The notes below the pieces were generated by a model. That model was not told where the DNA came from and did no database searches. It saw nothing but the letters and a program-made list of their open reading frames with translations. Below, piece by piece: positions 13,016 through 25,000 of a DNA stretch of 64,000 bases. Positions within the stretch are counted from its first letter, which is position 1, and each line of letters opens with the position of its first letter. Both the position numbers and the translations under genes were made by a program. Origin of the DNA: Octopus sinensis (lineage: Eukaryota); assembly GCF_006345805.1 (NCBI RefSeq), contig NC_043002.1:114886001-114950000 (forward strand), read 5' to 3'.

Positions 13016-14183
13016 GCCTGCCTGCCTGCCTGTCTGTATGTCTGTCTGTCTGTCTGTCTAGCTATCTATCTGTCTATATATATTTTTATCCTTTACAACA
13101 ACAGATATTTTTATCCTTTTCCCGAAGCTACTGATTTATTTTCGAAAGTCATACATCTGTGTATGTATATGTTAGATCAAAGAAAGAGAGCAGAAGCTAA
13201 AAACAGCACATAGTTTATTAGTAGAAATACGGATTGATGAATACATACAAAGTGATGATAAATAGAAAAGAAAAAAATGGTGCATCTCAGGAAAAGCAGT
13301 TGTTGTGTCGTCCCAATCAGCTCTGATTGAGCTTATCTACCTTACAAATGCAGTCCTTTGAACAACAAGATACGTTCCATTATGTTATACTACGTCATAC
13401 TGAGGAGCATAATACGTAATGTGATATGCAAAGGTTTATGTGTAAATTTTGCTTAACCATATCCTCAGTTTCAACAAATCTAAGCAGACGAAGTGAAAAC
13501 AATAGACTATATTGTTGAATATCACAGTAATAAAAGTCAACAATACATGGTACAAGGAAATCAGCGAGCATCTATTAACTATTATTTCTACAAATTCCCA
13601 GATCTCTTGTCCTCGTTTCTGGAGTTAACGCTTGGTAACTATCGTATACAAGAATCATCAAGACAATCGGTTATTGATTAATTTTCTGCACTAGAAACGA
13701 TACTTATTACTGATATAAAAAGAAATTGTCGGAGATTGCGATATTATTCTGATGAGATGTGCATATCTGTAGTTTTCAAATATTTGTTTACTATTTGAGC
13801 ACAAGGTCACCAATTAAAGAGGATCGCTATAGTCAATTCAATCGATCATTAGTAATTTGATAATTTTTTTAACAGCCTCAGAAACTTTGTTTTTAACAAA
13901 GTTGACTTTCCCGAGAATGTAAATCATAACGTAAATTTACATAACTCAATTATTCATGGCAATTTTCCCGACGCTCTGGCGGTTCAATCATTTAAAACTA
14001 ACTGCATAGAGTCATCAAAATTCGTGAGATAAATGAAATCAGAGCAGATTTTCAATTTCATTAAAGTATCTGCAATAAAAATATAAGATTTAGATTCATT
14101 TTCTAGATTGTTTTTTTTTTTAATCTTCGTTTTACATTGTAGAAAGACTGTATGAGCTGAACCAATGCAGGAAAGCTCTACGC

Positions 14184-14744
14184 CAGCAGTTCTCAAAACG
14201 GTACACACGTACTACAATGGTTACACAAGAGAAATTTCGGTGGTTTGAAAGATTTGTAAAAACACTGGAACTTTGAAGAAATCACAACGAATAGAATGTA
14301 ACGCGTCTGTCCAAAAAATAAGCTAGATGTTTTTGTTGCACCCATCCATTTCTTATGAACAGGTATTCGTCGATGCCTATAATTCGAAAACAAATCCTGT
14401 CAACTGAGAATATTATGCACGTGCGCTTCTCTGGAACCGCACTTGTTAGAAGGAGCCAAGCTAATCCAGCTCATTCAAATATTTAACAGTAAATTAAATT
14501 AGATTGATTTCTTGTATGATTTTCTGGATGAGGAAACAAGCAATAAATCGATTTCAGTACTTGACTAGAACTTGATTTTATCAAGTACCAGGATGAAAGA
14601 CAAAGCTGATTACGGTGGCATTTGAACTCTTTGGCCTGTTCTAGTATATCCAACTATTTTACACTATATTCTTTGCACAGGGTACGCTAATACGGCTTGA
14701 CAAAATGGAGTGGTAAGCCAAAATAAAAAGTTTGAGAACTGCAC
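14184..14744. mobile_element. hAT (Charlie/Buster-like) non-autonomous element with an internal SINE-A remnant (about 14545-14630)
   Basis: TIR GCAGTTCTCAAA (14186-14197) pairs with TTTGAGAACTGC (14731-14742); resembles CAGYRGTTCTCAA hAT ends. The 8-bp TSD is not conserved. Confidence 0.6.
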
Positions 14745-14939
14745 CATATAGTGTTTTCGCCAACTAATAGAAACTGCAACTAACTCACCCTAAAACGGGA
14801 AATATACTTTAGATAATGTAGACATATATTTTAGAAAGCCTTTGATCCTATATTTAATCCATCAGGCCTAACCTGGGGCTAAGCAATAGCAAATGTAGGA
14901 GAGTTATCAATACATGTAAATGTAATATATATATGCAGG

Positions 14940-15292
14940 TAGTCACTATAGCTAACTGGCACTCCGTCAGTTACGACGACGAACGTCTTAGTTGATTTGA
15001 TCAAAGGAACAGCCTGCTTGTGAAATTAACGTCGAATTGGCTGAGCATTCCACGGATAAGCATATCCTTAACGTAGTTCTCAGGGAAATTCAGCGTGATA
15101 CAAAGTACACGGCTGGCCCTTTGATATATATATATATATATATATATATACTACTCATTTTTGCCTGGTGAGTGGACAGGAGCAACTCGAAGAAAAATGT
15201 CTTGCTCAAGGACATAATACACTACTGAGTATCGAACTCACTACCTTACGATTGTGAGCCGAATACCTAAACCGCTAATCTACACGCTTTCA
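14940..15292 (-). mobile_element. SINE family C with internal (TA)n
   Basis: Minus-strand head ...GTAAGGTAGTGAGTTCGATAC...TCCTTGAGCAAGACA. Confidence 0.7.
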
Positions 15293-16188
15293 CATAAGCA
15301 GCTAATATATTCATAAGCATATACAAAAACACTCATATATATATGCATAAAACATCTTTCTCAAATTCGGTAATGTGTGTCAGGGCATGTGGATGAATAT
15401 ATGAGTAATTATATATGACTTCCTCTGCAAATTCGAATGCATTCAAAGAATGTGTGCTTAGCATTGCATGCATATATATTTATCGATATTAAAATTGATG
15501 TATTTATATGGGTAATGCTTGATAACATACAATTTGTATATTCATAGTGGTATGAGGAATATGATGAAGGTTATACTCCAAAGGCAAAGGGGTCATTGCT
15601 CCAAAGATGAAATTATTTGACGTCAAGGAAACCTGCGTTTACTTATTTAGTAATAGGAACTGTGTACACACGTTGTTATAATTTAAGGGAAATTTTCTAG
15701 GTCAACAAGCTATTTTGGTGACCGGAGCGAACATACATAAATATGGTGAATATGAGTCAGAGATATGAGGTACGAAAGAAGACAATTGGAATTGCGAGGT
15801 TTGGTTGACGACTATCGTTGGGAATTAAGTGTCACCAAATTGAAACACATTCAGAGGATTTGGTGAATATATTGAGAATTGTGTCGAATATTAAGTAGAT
15901 ACTATTAAATAATGAGATAATAAATGTGAGATGAATGATGAATAAATAAGAAAAAGAACAATACAATGAATACTTTTGTAAATATAAGACATCCTCCGAC
16001 CAATATTTTAGTTGTCTGGTAAAAAAGATTTTTTAATTGGTAAATTGATTCTGCTTTTTTAGCGATCAACTGAAGCGAAAGCATAGCTAACAGGAAGAAA
16101 AGCAACATAATGTGGATAAATAAGCTTATATAATATAATTATTTTAAAGATAATAATCATTTGAGGATAATAATGATGATAATAATAA

Positions 16189-16391
16189 TGGTTTCAAATT
16201 TTGAAACAATGCCAACAATTTGGGGGGAAGTGGGAAGTCGATTACATCGACCCTAGGGCTCAACTGTCACATATTTTATCGACTCCGAAAAGATGAAAGG
16301 TAAAGTCGACCTAGGCGGAATCTGAACTTAGAACATAAAGACGGACGAAATGCCACTAAGTATTTTGCACGATTCTACCAGTTCGCTGCCT
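16189..16391 (-). mobile_element. SINE family A (tail variant ...AAATTTGAAACCATTATT)
   Basis: Family core at about 16280-16335; AAT-type arrays on both sides. Confidence 0.85.
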
Positions 16392-16392
16392 A

Positions 16393-16410
16393 AATAATGA
16401 TAATAATAAA

Positions 16411-16460
<50 letters not shown>

Positions 16461-16471
16461 CAACAACAACA
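16393..16471. repeat. (AAT)n(AAC)n array at the 5' junction of the Dong element
   Basis: Read directly. Confidence 0.95.
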
Positions 16472-18501
16472 AATCGAAAAAGGCAATACGGTAGACAATT
16501 ACAGGCCGATATCCTGTTTGCCACTTATGTGGATGTTATTGACTAGAATACTCGTAGAGTCAATGTACGAACAAATGGGGAAAAATGGAGTCCTGCCACA
16601 TGAGCAGAAGGGTTGCAAGCGTAAGTGCAGAGGTACCAAGGATCAACTCCTGAAAGACAAAACTGTACTTAAAGACTGCAAGAGGAGGAAAAGTAACTTA
16701 GCCATGTCATGGATCGACTGTTGTAAGGCGTACGATATGATCCCATATTCTTGGATTATGGAGTGTATGAACCTATTTGGTATTGCAACGAATGTTGAGC
16801 GATTGCTTGGAAAAAGTATGGCGAATTGAAGGAGGGACCTGACAGCATAAGGAAGAAGTTTAGGGACAGTAGAAATTAGGAGGGACATCTTCCAAGGGGA
16901 CTGCCTGACCCCACTGATCTTTGTACTGTGCTTGATACAATTGACACTGATTCTGAGGAAAGCAAAAGCTGGGTATGTATTCAAGAGCCGCCAGCAAAAA
17001 GTCAACCATTTGTTATTCATGGATGACCTCAAACTTTATGGTAAAGATGAAGCCCAAATCAGTTTCCTCGTTGATAAGGTGTATACCTTCAGTGCTGATG
17101 TCAGAATGGAGTTCAGACTGAGAAGGTGTGGTGTGTTAGTATTGAAGAGAGGCAAAATCAAATGTTTGGACGGGCTAACGATGCCGTCGGGGAAGGTTAT
17201 GCAGCAGATAGAAGAGACGGGCTATAAGTACTTGGGGATACTGGAAATGGATAAATTGATGGAAAAAGAAATGGCAGAAAAAATTAAGGTGGAGTACTTG
17301 CGCAGACTGAGACTGATCTTTAAGTCGAAATTGAATGGACGGAAAAAGATTGAAGCTATCAACACCTGGGCGGTTTCACTCCTTAGATATGGAGCAGGGG
17401 TAATCGCAAGGACAGTAGACGAACTAAACAGCTTGGAAAGACAAGAACGTTGCTAACTAGATATGGGTCACTCCACCCAAAAAGTGACACAGACAGACTG
17501 TATGTACCAAGAAAAAGAGGGGGAAGAGGACTTATTGGATATAAACGCAGCATTAGAGCAGAAGAAAACAACATAGCATGGTATGTAAAAAATGCTACAT
17601 AGCCGCTATAATAGTAGGAAGGTCAGGCTTGTGTAGGATGAAATATTGCAAAGATAAAGCACTATACAAAGAATTGAAAATGAATGAAACTGAAAATAGG
17701 TGGGTAAAGAAAAGAATGCTTGGTCAATTTCATAGGGATGCTGAAGATAAGACAGACAGAGAAAAAAGATGGCCGTGGATGACTAAAAGTGATTTAAAAC
17801 CGGAAACGGAGTCTCTAATCTCTGCTACCCAGGAGCAAGCACTAAGAACAAACTACATAAAATACAGAATGGACAACACAGCAGAAAGTGATAAGTGCAG
17901 AATCTATGTACAACGCGGTGAAACCGTATGGCATATTACCACCCAATGTACGCCACTAGCCCACAAGGAATATAAGAGACGCCACAACAATATAGCAAGG
18001 ATTGTCCATTGGACACTCTGCAACAAGTATGGACTTGACAGCGCAAAATATTGGTACGACCACAAACCTGAAGGCATCGTCGAAATTAGAAATGCAAAGA
18101 CCCTATAGGATTTTATGATTCAGTGCGACCATGAGATAAAGAATAGGAAAGAAAACAAACTATACTGGATCAAAGATATAGCATGCCCAGCTGACAACAA
18201 GGTATGCGATAAGGAAGAAAGAAAAGTTGAGAGATATGACAGATTAGCTTGGGAAGTTAATCAGTTGTGGTCGATGAAAAAGGTAGCAGTATCACCAGTA
18301 TTTGTTGGAGCACTGGGAACAGTGAGCAAAAATCTCGTACGTGGAACAAATAGGGGCTGCAATAAGGGTGGAACACTTGCAGAAAGCAGCACTGCTTGGA
18401 ACCTCCGGAAGGTGCTCGAAAAATAAGAGGTGTTGCTTTAGTTCGCTGGTAGTGAACAGCTGACCCTGTAGTACATCTCCAGCGTTAGAAGCTGTGCAAA
18501 G
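16472..18501 (+). mobile_element. 5'-truncated R4/Dong-clade RLE non-LTR retrotransposon inserted in (TAA)n
   Basis: Carries an RT plus zinc-knuckle plus RLE remnant and is flanked on both sides by AAT repeats. TAA-microsatellite targeting is the established behaviour of Dong elements. Confidence 0.92.
16479..18426 (+). pseudogene. Decayed reverse transcriptase / CCHC / restriction-like endonuclease ORF
   Basis: Motifs [60 protein letters not shown], CRIYxxxxETVWHITTQC (second Cys changed to Tyr), KDIACP, GALG. In-frame stops near 16827, 16848 and 18106; frameshifts near 17440 and 17590; the RPD catalytic motif is deleted. Confidence 0.92.
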
Positions 18502-18625
18502 ATAATAATAATAATAATAATAAATAATAATAATAATATAATAATGATAATAATAATAATAATATATAATAATAATAATGATAATAATATAATAATAATA
18601 ATAATAATAATAAATAATAATAATA

Positions 18626-18669
<44 letters not shown>

Positions 18670-18743
18670 TAATGATAATAATGATAATAATAATAATAAT
18701 AATATAATATAATAATAATATAATAATAATAATAATAATAATA

Positions 18744-18794
<51 letters not shown>

Positions 18795-18796
18795 TA

Positions 18797-18837
<41 letters not shown>

Positions 18838-18842
18838 TAATA
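18502..18842. repeat. ~340-bp imperfect (AAT)n array
   Basis: Read directly. Confidence 0.95.
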
Positions 18843-18844
18843 AA

Positions 18845-19399
18845 TGCCCTGATGCAGTACCAGGCAGTGGCTCTCATGGCTTCTGATCTTAACTGATTGG
18901 AAGTGTTATCATGTATATTGTTTTGTCTTGGTATAAAAGATGGGCTACAGCAAATATTCTGCTCAATACCACAGATTTGCTTGTCAGTTGTTTGACCTTA
19001 ACCAGTTGAGCATGTCCCTTAGTGGCTGACGATATGTGCATCTCTGATCACGAGCAGAAGTAGTGGGGGAGCATCATAGCCATGTGTTGAGAAGGATTCT
19101 TTGGGGTTTGAATAATTCACCTCTGGAAACATGGGTGTTTCGTTCAACGTCCTTAAACAACCCTTATTCAGGGACCTTTTGAGCGGGATGGGTTACTCGA
19201 TCTGAAGAAAATTCTAACTGGGCTCCACCTGCAAGGTCATGTGCTGCTTATCTTGATATGAGATCACCATGTCGCGCACATATGGTTGTGATGCATGTGC
19301 CTGGTGTACCCTTATCAGACGGGTAGTCATGATGGGTATACTGGGCTTCGTATATTTTACCCCAGTGTCACTTTGATGGCATGCTCTGCTCGCTCACTC
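18845..19399. mobile_element. 555-bp non-coding interspersed element bounded by (AAT)n, orientation unresolved
   Basis: Abrupt, more GC-rich block between two AAT arrays; no LINE-like ORF and no tRNA A/B boxes seen. Confidence 0.6.
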
Positions 19400-19414
19400 A
19401 ATAATAATAATAAT

Positions 19415-19853
19415 CATGCCAATACACACAGATAGAGAAATTAAGACCAACAGACCAGATATAGTTGTCGGAGACAATGAAGAAAAAAATGCTTTCTAAT
19501 TGATGTATCAATACCAGCAGATGACAACGTGTCTCTAAAAGAAATGGAGAAACTTTCAAAATACAAAGACCTGGAAATAGAGGTAACCAGAATGTGGAAT
19601 CTAAAAACAGAAACAAAAGGTGCATTAGGCATGATAAAAAAATATTCAGACAAATACATAACAAAAACACCAGGACTTACAAACACATATAACATACAGA
19701 AAATTGCACTACTAGGCACTGCACACATCCTACGCAGAACACTTTCCATACAATAACCATCAGAGCATCACAACAAATCACAGCACATACCCAATGCACA
19801 CACAGCTGCGCTCGGTAGTGAAGTGAAAGCACGCTATAAAAATAAAACTACTG
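19415..19853 (+). mobile_element. R4/Dong 3' fragment (second subfamily; RLE domain and 3'UTR)
   Basis: MPIHTDREIKTNRPDIVV...CFLIDVSIPADDNVSLKEMEKLSKYKDLEIEV...GALG...QKIALLGTAHILRRTLS: intact PD-(D/E)xK residues. (AAT)n on both sides. Confidence 0.92.
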
Positions 19854-19884
19854 AATAACAATAATAATAATAATAGTAATAATG

Positions 19885-20010
19885 GTCAAGGTCTGAAATT
19901 TTGCGAGAGGAGGCTAATCGATTTAATCGATCCCAGTCTGCTACAATTGGTATTTATTTGTGTTATTGAACACTAAAGGATGAAAAGTAAAGTTAACCAC
20001 TAATGGGTTT
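19885..20010 (-). mobile_element. SINE family A fragment
   Basis: CAAGGTCTGAAATTTTG...ATCGATCCCAGT...AAGGATGAAAAGTAAAGT. Confidence 0.7.
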
Positions 20011-20138
20011 GAAACAGAAACGCATAGAGGTAGAACGACCCCTACAAGGTCCGTGGCTTTAACGGTTGTACCAAATAATGGACTAAATGAATGATGGTTG
20101 AAATATTTGTGTTTAAGATAATAAACACAAATAAAGAC

Positions 20139-20297
20139 GCAGGAGTGGCTGTGTGGTAAGTAGCTTGCTAACCAACCACATGGTTCTGGGTTCAGTCCCA
20201 CTGCGTGGCATCTTGAGCAAGTGTCTTCCGCTATAGCCCCGGGCCGACCAATGCCTTCTGAGTGGATTTGGTAGTCGGAAACTGAAAGAAGCCTGTC

Positions 20298-20374
<77 letters not shown>

Positions 20375-20585
20375 TGTGTGTCTGTGTTTGTCCCCCTAGC
20401 ATTGCTTGACAACCGATGCTGGTGTGTTTACGTCCCCGTCACTTAGCGGTTCGGCAAAAGAGACCGATAGAATAAATACTGGGCTTACAAAGAATAAGTC
20501 CCGGGGTCGATTTGCTCGACTAAAGGCGGTGCTCCAGCATGGCCGCAGTCAAATGACTGAAACAAGTAAAAGAGTAAAGAGTAAA
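20139..20585 (+). mobile_element. SINE family B, young full-length copy with internal (TA)n(TG)n
   Basis: GCAGGAGTGGCTGTGTGG (A box), GGTTCAGTCCC (B box), TTGAGCAAGTGTCTTC (CORE-like), tail ...GAAACAAGTAAAAGAGTAAAGAG. Octopus OR1/OR2 SINEs are known CORE-SINEs; the family name is not verified here. Confidence 0.92.
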
Positions 20586-21274
20586 CACCTATGAATAAAC
20601 ACTTAGGCAATTCAGAATATTCTATTTCAGGAAGCTTATTCTGGCCTCTCCAGCAGTTTGTTATGATGACAATAGAACAACATATTACTTCAGCAACTTT
20701 TCTTTTCCAGTTTATTTGCATTTTATCCTCTGTGAACAAGTTGTAACCGTTTACTCTGTCTCTACACTATATATTTTATATCTCTCTCTGGATCATGAAA
20801 TTACCTATGCTTTCTCTATGATCTATGTAGTTTTATACTGCATTTTTTAACGATGTCGAGCAAACTTTTTTAATTACTTTCCATGACACATACACAAACG
20901 CATATACACGCATACGCGTGCGTGCATAGAACCACCCCGTAAAACTACCTCACGTGACACTAATCTAACAATCCGCGTTCATTGTTTATCATCATCAGCA
21001 TCATCACATCAGACCATCATAACAATCACTAGCATATCATTTCCACCCCGATTAACTCCAGCTGGGTTTTTTTTCTTTCTCTCTTTTATTTATTTATTTC
21101 TTTGCTAGTAATTTCAGTTCCACGAGCATCAACAAAATCTGTTTTATCACTTTCACTTTCAAAATACTGTAATCTTATCGTTATTAACACTTTTACAACC
21201 ACCGACACACTTCGCTATTTGCATCCACACCAATAATTCCATGTGTTTCATCCTCTCCCTCACTCACTCGTCAG

Positions 21275-22360
21275 CACCACCACCACCACCACCACCTTTC
21301 CCATCCACCACTTCCCCTACCACTATCACCACCATCAGCATCCCCCACCACCACCATCACCCACACAACCCCCACCGCCACATCAACAACAACTCTTTTC
21401 CAACACAGCAGCTCCACCACCGCCTTACTTTAATTGTTTCGTTCCATTCCCGCACCACACATACATTTCTCCAACGATGTCTGTTTACTACTGCTGCTCC
21501 TGTTGTAGTTGCTGCAGTCACAACTATTTCTCCCACTGCTACTGTTATCACTGCTGCTGTCTTTGTTGCCACTGCTGTTGTTGTTTTCCTTCTTACTGTT
21601 GTTGTTGTTGTTGATGAATATTATGATGATGATGATGATGATGATGATAATGATGATGATGATGATGATGTTGTTGCTGGTAGTGATGTGATGTTTTTGT
21701 TATTCATTTTCTTCTATATAATAATTTCACTTACTTCATGACTATTAGACATATCATGGTTACTTCACTAACACCAATGCACACACACACTGACACACGC
21801 ACACACACGCGCACACACACACACGCACACACACACACACCACCACCACCACCACCACCACCACCACCACACCACTTCCGCCGCCTCTTCACCGCCAACA
21901 TAAATAACACTTTTAACTCAAACTAGCGCTGGATTATTCACAACCACCGCCTAACACTGACATCCATCATTCTCACCTAACAGCAAAGATTCTGTCATAT
22001 CGTCTACCGTTATAGAAACTAATATCTTTATTTTCACCACCACCACCACCACAACTACCGATACCATCAACATCATCAACATCATCATCGTCGACGTCAT
22101 CTGTAATAACACTGACAGTATGGCTAAATCTCGCAACACCGGTTTCGCTCCTATCATTTCCCAGCAGCTCCGTAGCTAACAGTATTACTGTGATAACAGT
22201 CACCACTGCAGAAAATATTTTCCACCACACCACCACCACCACTATTCTTCTTCTTCTTCTTCTTCTTCTTCTTCTTCTTCTCTTCTTCTTCTTCTTCTTC
22301 TTCTTCTTCTTCTTCTTCTTTCTTCTTCTTCTTCTTCTTCTCTTCTTCTTCTTCTTCTTC

Positions 22361-22391
<31 letters not shown>

Positions 22392-22444
22392 TGTTATTGT
22401 TATTATTATTATTGTTATTGTTATTATTATTATTGTTATTGTTA

Positions 22445-22503
<59 letters not shown>

Positions 22504-22880
22504 ACCACCACTATCTCCAGTATCAGCACAAAAAGTGTTTGCTCCAGTGATAGCAGCATTAGCACCACCGCTGATAGTGTCTATTGTTAAACACTATACT
22601 AACAATACCATTGCCTCCACCACCACCAAATGGCGGCTTCACCTTCCCTACTTTCACTATCGTCATCATCATCATCATCATCATTTAGTATCACACCGCA
22701 AGCAGCAGCCCCATCACCTCCAACAGTAACTGCTGCCTCTACCCCCACACTCGAAGCTACCTGCCCCAACACCAATAATATCTGTAGTAGCAACATGCAA
22801 CAATATCAACACCAACACCATCAGCAAACTATCACCACACTACAGTTGCCGCTACCACCGACAACTACACTTACATGATT
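21275..22880. repeat. Mosaic of switching triplet and dinucleotide microsatellites (CAC, CAT, TGT, GAT, CA, CTT, ATT/GTT)
   Basis: Read directly; source of the poly-H/T/L/I/M/V ORFs in the track. Confidence 0.9.
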
Positions 22881-22990
22881 GCCAGATTCCTCATCCTACC
22901 CACAATCCAATTTTCTTTTCTCGTAATTTGCTTTCGTTGCAATATTTCTGTAGAAAGACCTTGAACAGATTAAAATCGCTAAGTTAGCAC

Positions 22991-23028
<38 letters not shown>

Positions 23029-23127
23029 CACATATTATCGATAAGGTAGAAAGCTAGCACGTGACGGCTGGCTCCGCCACACACCATCGACCTGACTGCA
23101 TCATGCCAAAGAAGAGAGCGACCGGTG

Positions 23128-23163
23128 TTACCATGACCCAGATTCGTATTCTTCCATTGACTT
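23128..23163 (-). CDS. Candidate terminal coding exon (KSMEEYESGSW*), unknown protein
   Basis: Strong minus-strand acceptor TTTTTTCTCCTATTTATTTCTTGCAG|AAG. Phase 0 matches the candidate exon at 24927-25000. No homology recognised. Confidence 0.3.
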   Translation of the reverse strand, partial: KSMEEYESGSW

Positions 23164-24926
23164 CTGCAAGAAATAAATAGGAGAAAAAAAGCAACGATGA
23201 AAAAAAAAATAAACAAAGACATTAAGTAGAAAGCAAAACGAAAGTCTTTAATCCGATTTCTTTTATTTGTATTTTTTCTTTATTTTTCTTCTCAGTTCTT
23301 TCTTTTTTTTTTCTTTCTCTATGTATGTAGCCTTCAGGTTATTCCCTTTCTGTTATGCTAGCAGCCCGTACTTTTTCCACCATGTTTACCTTCTCCCTTT
23401 AAACTACATTCTTCTCACCTTCTTTTTCCCTTAATTTCTCTCCTACCTATTCTCATGTATCATCAGTTCTCTCTATCTCTCTATCTCTCTATCCTCTATC
23501 TACCTTTTCTCCCTTCTTGCCTTCTCTTGCTTATCCAATTTTATTTGTCTTTCTTCTCTTCTCTCCTTTCTGTATTTACTTCGTCTCACTGCTCCATCCA
23601 CCATTACTACCACCACCACGCGCTTCGTCATATCTTTACAAGACGTTAGCTTTCTTTGATGTTTTACCTTCAAGTCTTCTCAAAGTGAGCGGGTTAGCTT
23701 CTCTTCAAATTATTGTATCGATTTCTTCTCCACCACTACTTCCACCGTCACTCAATTTCTTTACACACTCAGTATTCTGCTTCTCTGCACGTGTGGCTGC
23801 GTCGCAAACGCAACACACATCGTTTATCTATTGCGTGTACATTAATGCACTCTGTAAATATGTGCGTTCCTAAATTATATGTACTGAAATGTATATGCGT
23901 GGCCATGGATTCACAAACGAATATAATACACACACACACATTCAAACACATGTACGTAACTAGATAGCTTAATTCAATGAAAAGTTGGCTCAGTAGATAC
24001 GTGAAAATATAGGTGCGTCTTTGGCAAATCTGATAGATTACAGGGTGGGTGTATGGTTGGATAAATTGAGGGTGTGTGGATGGATAGATAGCACAGTGTG
24101 GTTTTGTGAGTGGATGAGCTGGATAAAAGATGAGTAGGAGGATAAGATTTATGTTTAAGTAGAACGAGATAGAGATCTAAATTGCTTAGCAAATTTATTT
24201 CCTGTTGAACTTCAACCTGCCAAATGTAATGTTGGTACCAGCCAAAGGGTTTTGTCATTCAATTTCAACCAGTGTCTGATTTTAAAATCTTACTGACAAT
24301 TAAAAGAAAAAAGAAAATATTTGCTTTGACTGATAACCCCTTTTATAAGTGTTACTATGTAGAATATGTGTGTGTACGTCTTCAAACGTGTTTTAATTGA
24401 ATCGGTTGGTGTACATCTGGCCGATTATGAAGAATAGAACCCATGTTTCTTACCATATTCTAAGCACTACGAACACGCATAGTATACGTACGTCATATTA
24501 TGTAAGATAAAAACAGCTGTTAGTTATACGTGAAACATACAATTTTCATGATCTATTCTGAATTACACATAATGTGTGCACCTATGGGTGTTTATGATTA
24601 ATGCACTTTGTATATATTGCGCTCGCATATATATCTGTACATATTGTATACTTTGTGACATTCAAATATTTCCCTTTATAAATACAAGACACACACACAC
24701 ACATAATATGTGTGCATGTGCGCGCGCTATACTGTATATTTTATGAAGTATAAATTTTGAATATAATTTCAGAGGTTTCAAACAGATGAGTGGTAGTTGG
24801 AACCGACATCACTACTGCCACGAAATATGAACACACATTTGAACATGGCGGTACCATAGTCAAATATTATAAAGTTCATCTAATCGTTTTATGACCCGGT
24901 TTCCATTACTGGATTGGGCCACTTAC

Positions 24927-25000
24927 ATCACAAATATTCTTGAGAGCAACTTGAAAGACACGATTTTTCATTTCATCTGGTCTACATTTCTGATTCTTTT
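24927..25000 (-). CDS. Candidate 74-nt internal exon (xKNQKCRPDEMKNRVFQVALKNICD), unknown protein
   Basis: Acceptor GATTTTTCTTTTTACATAG|, donor GAT|GTAAGT; exactly one open frame (phase 1 in, phase 0 out). Confidence 0.35.

Noticed and set aside
14141-14200. Plus-strand exon-like RLYELNQCRKALRQQFSK with a good acceptor
   Set aside because: It spans the hAT TIR (CAGCAGTTCTCAAA), the donor is weak, and the unspliced frame stops soon after.
16643-17574. Minus-strand ORFs 16643-17032 and 17383-17574 (also 19441-19749 and 45362-45685)
   Set aside because: Antisense shadows of the Dong ORFs.
19270-19390. HDV-like ribozyme in the orphan 555-bp element
   Set aside because: Attempted P1/P1.1/P2/P3/P4 assignments on both strands failed the G-Y P1 closing pair and L3 length; only generic stems are kept.
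22630-22878. ORF MAASPSLLSLSSSS...QHQHHQQ
   Set aside because: Low-complexity product of CAT/CAG/CAC repeats, with in-frame stops just upstream and no recognisable domain.
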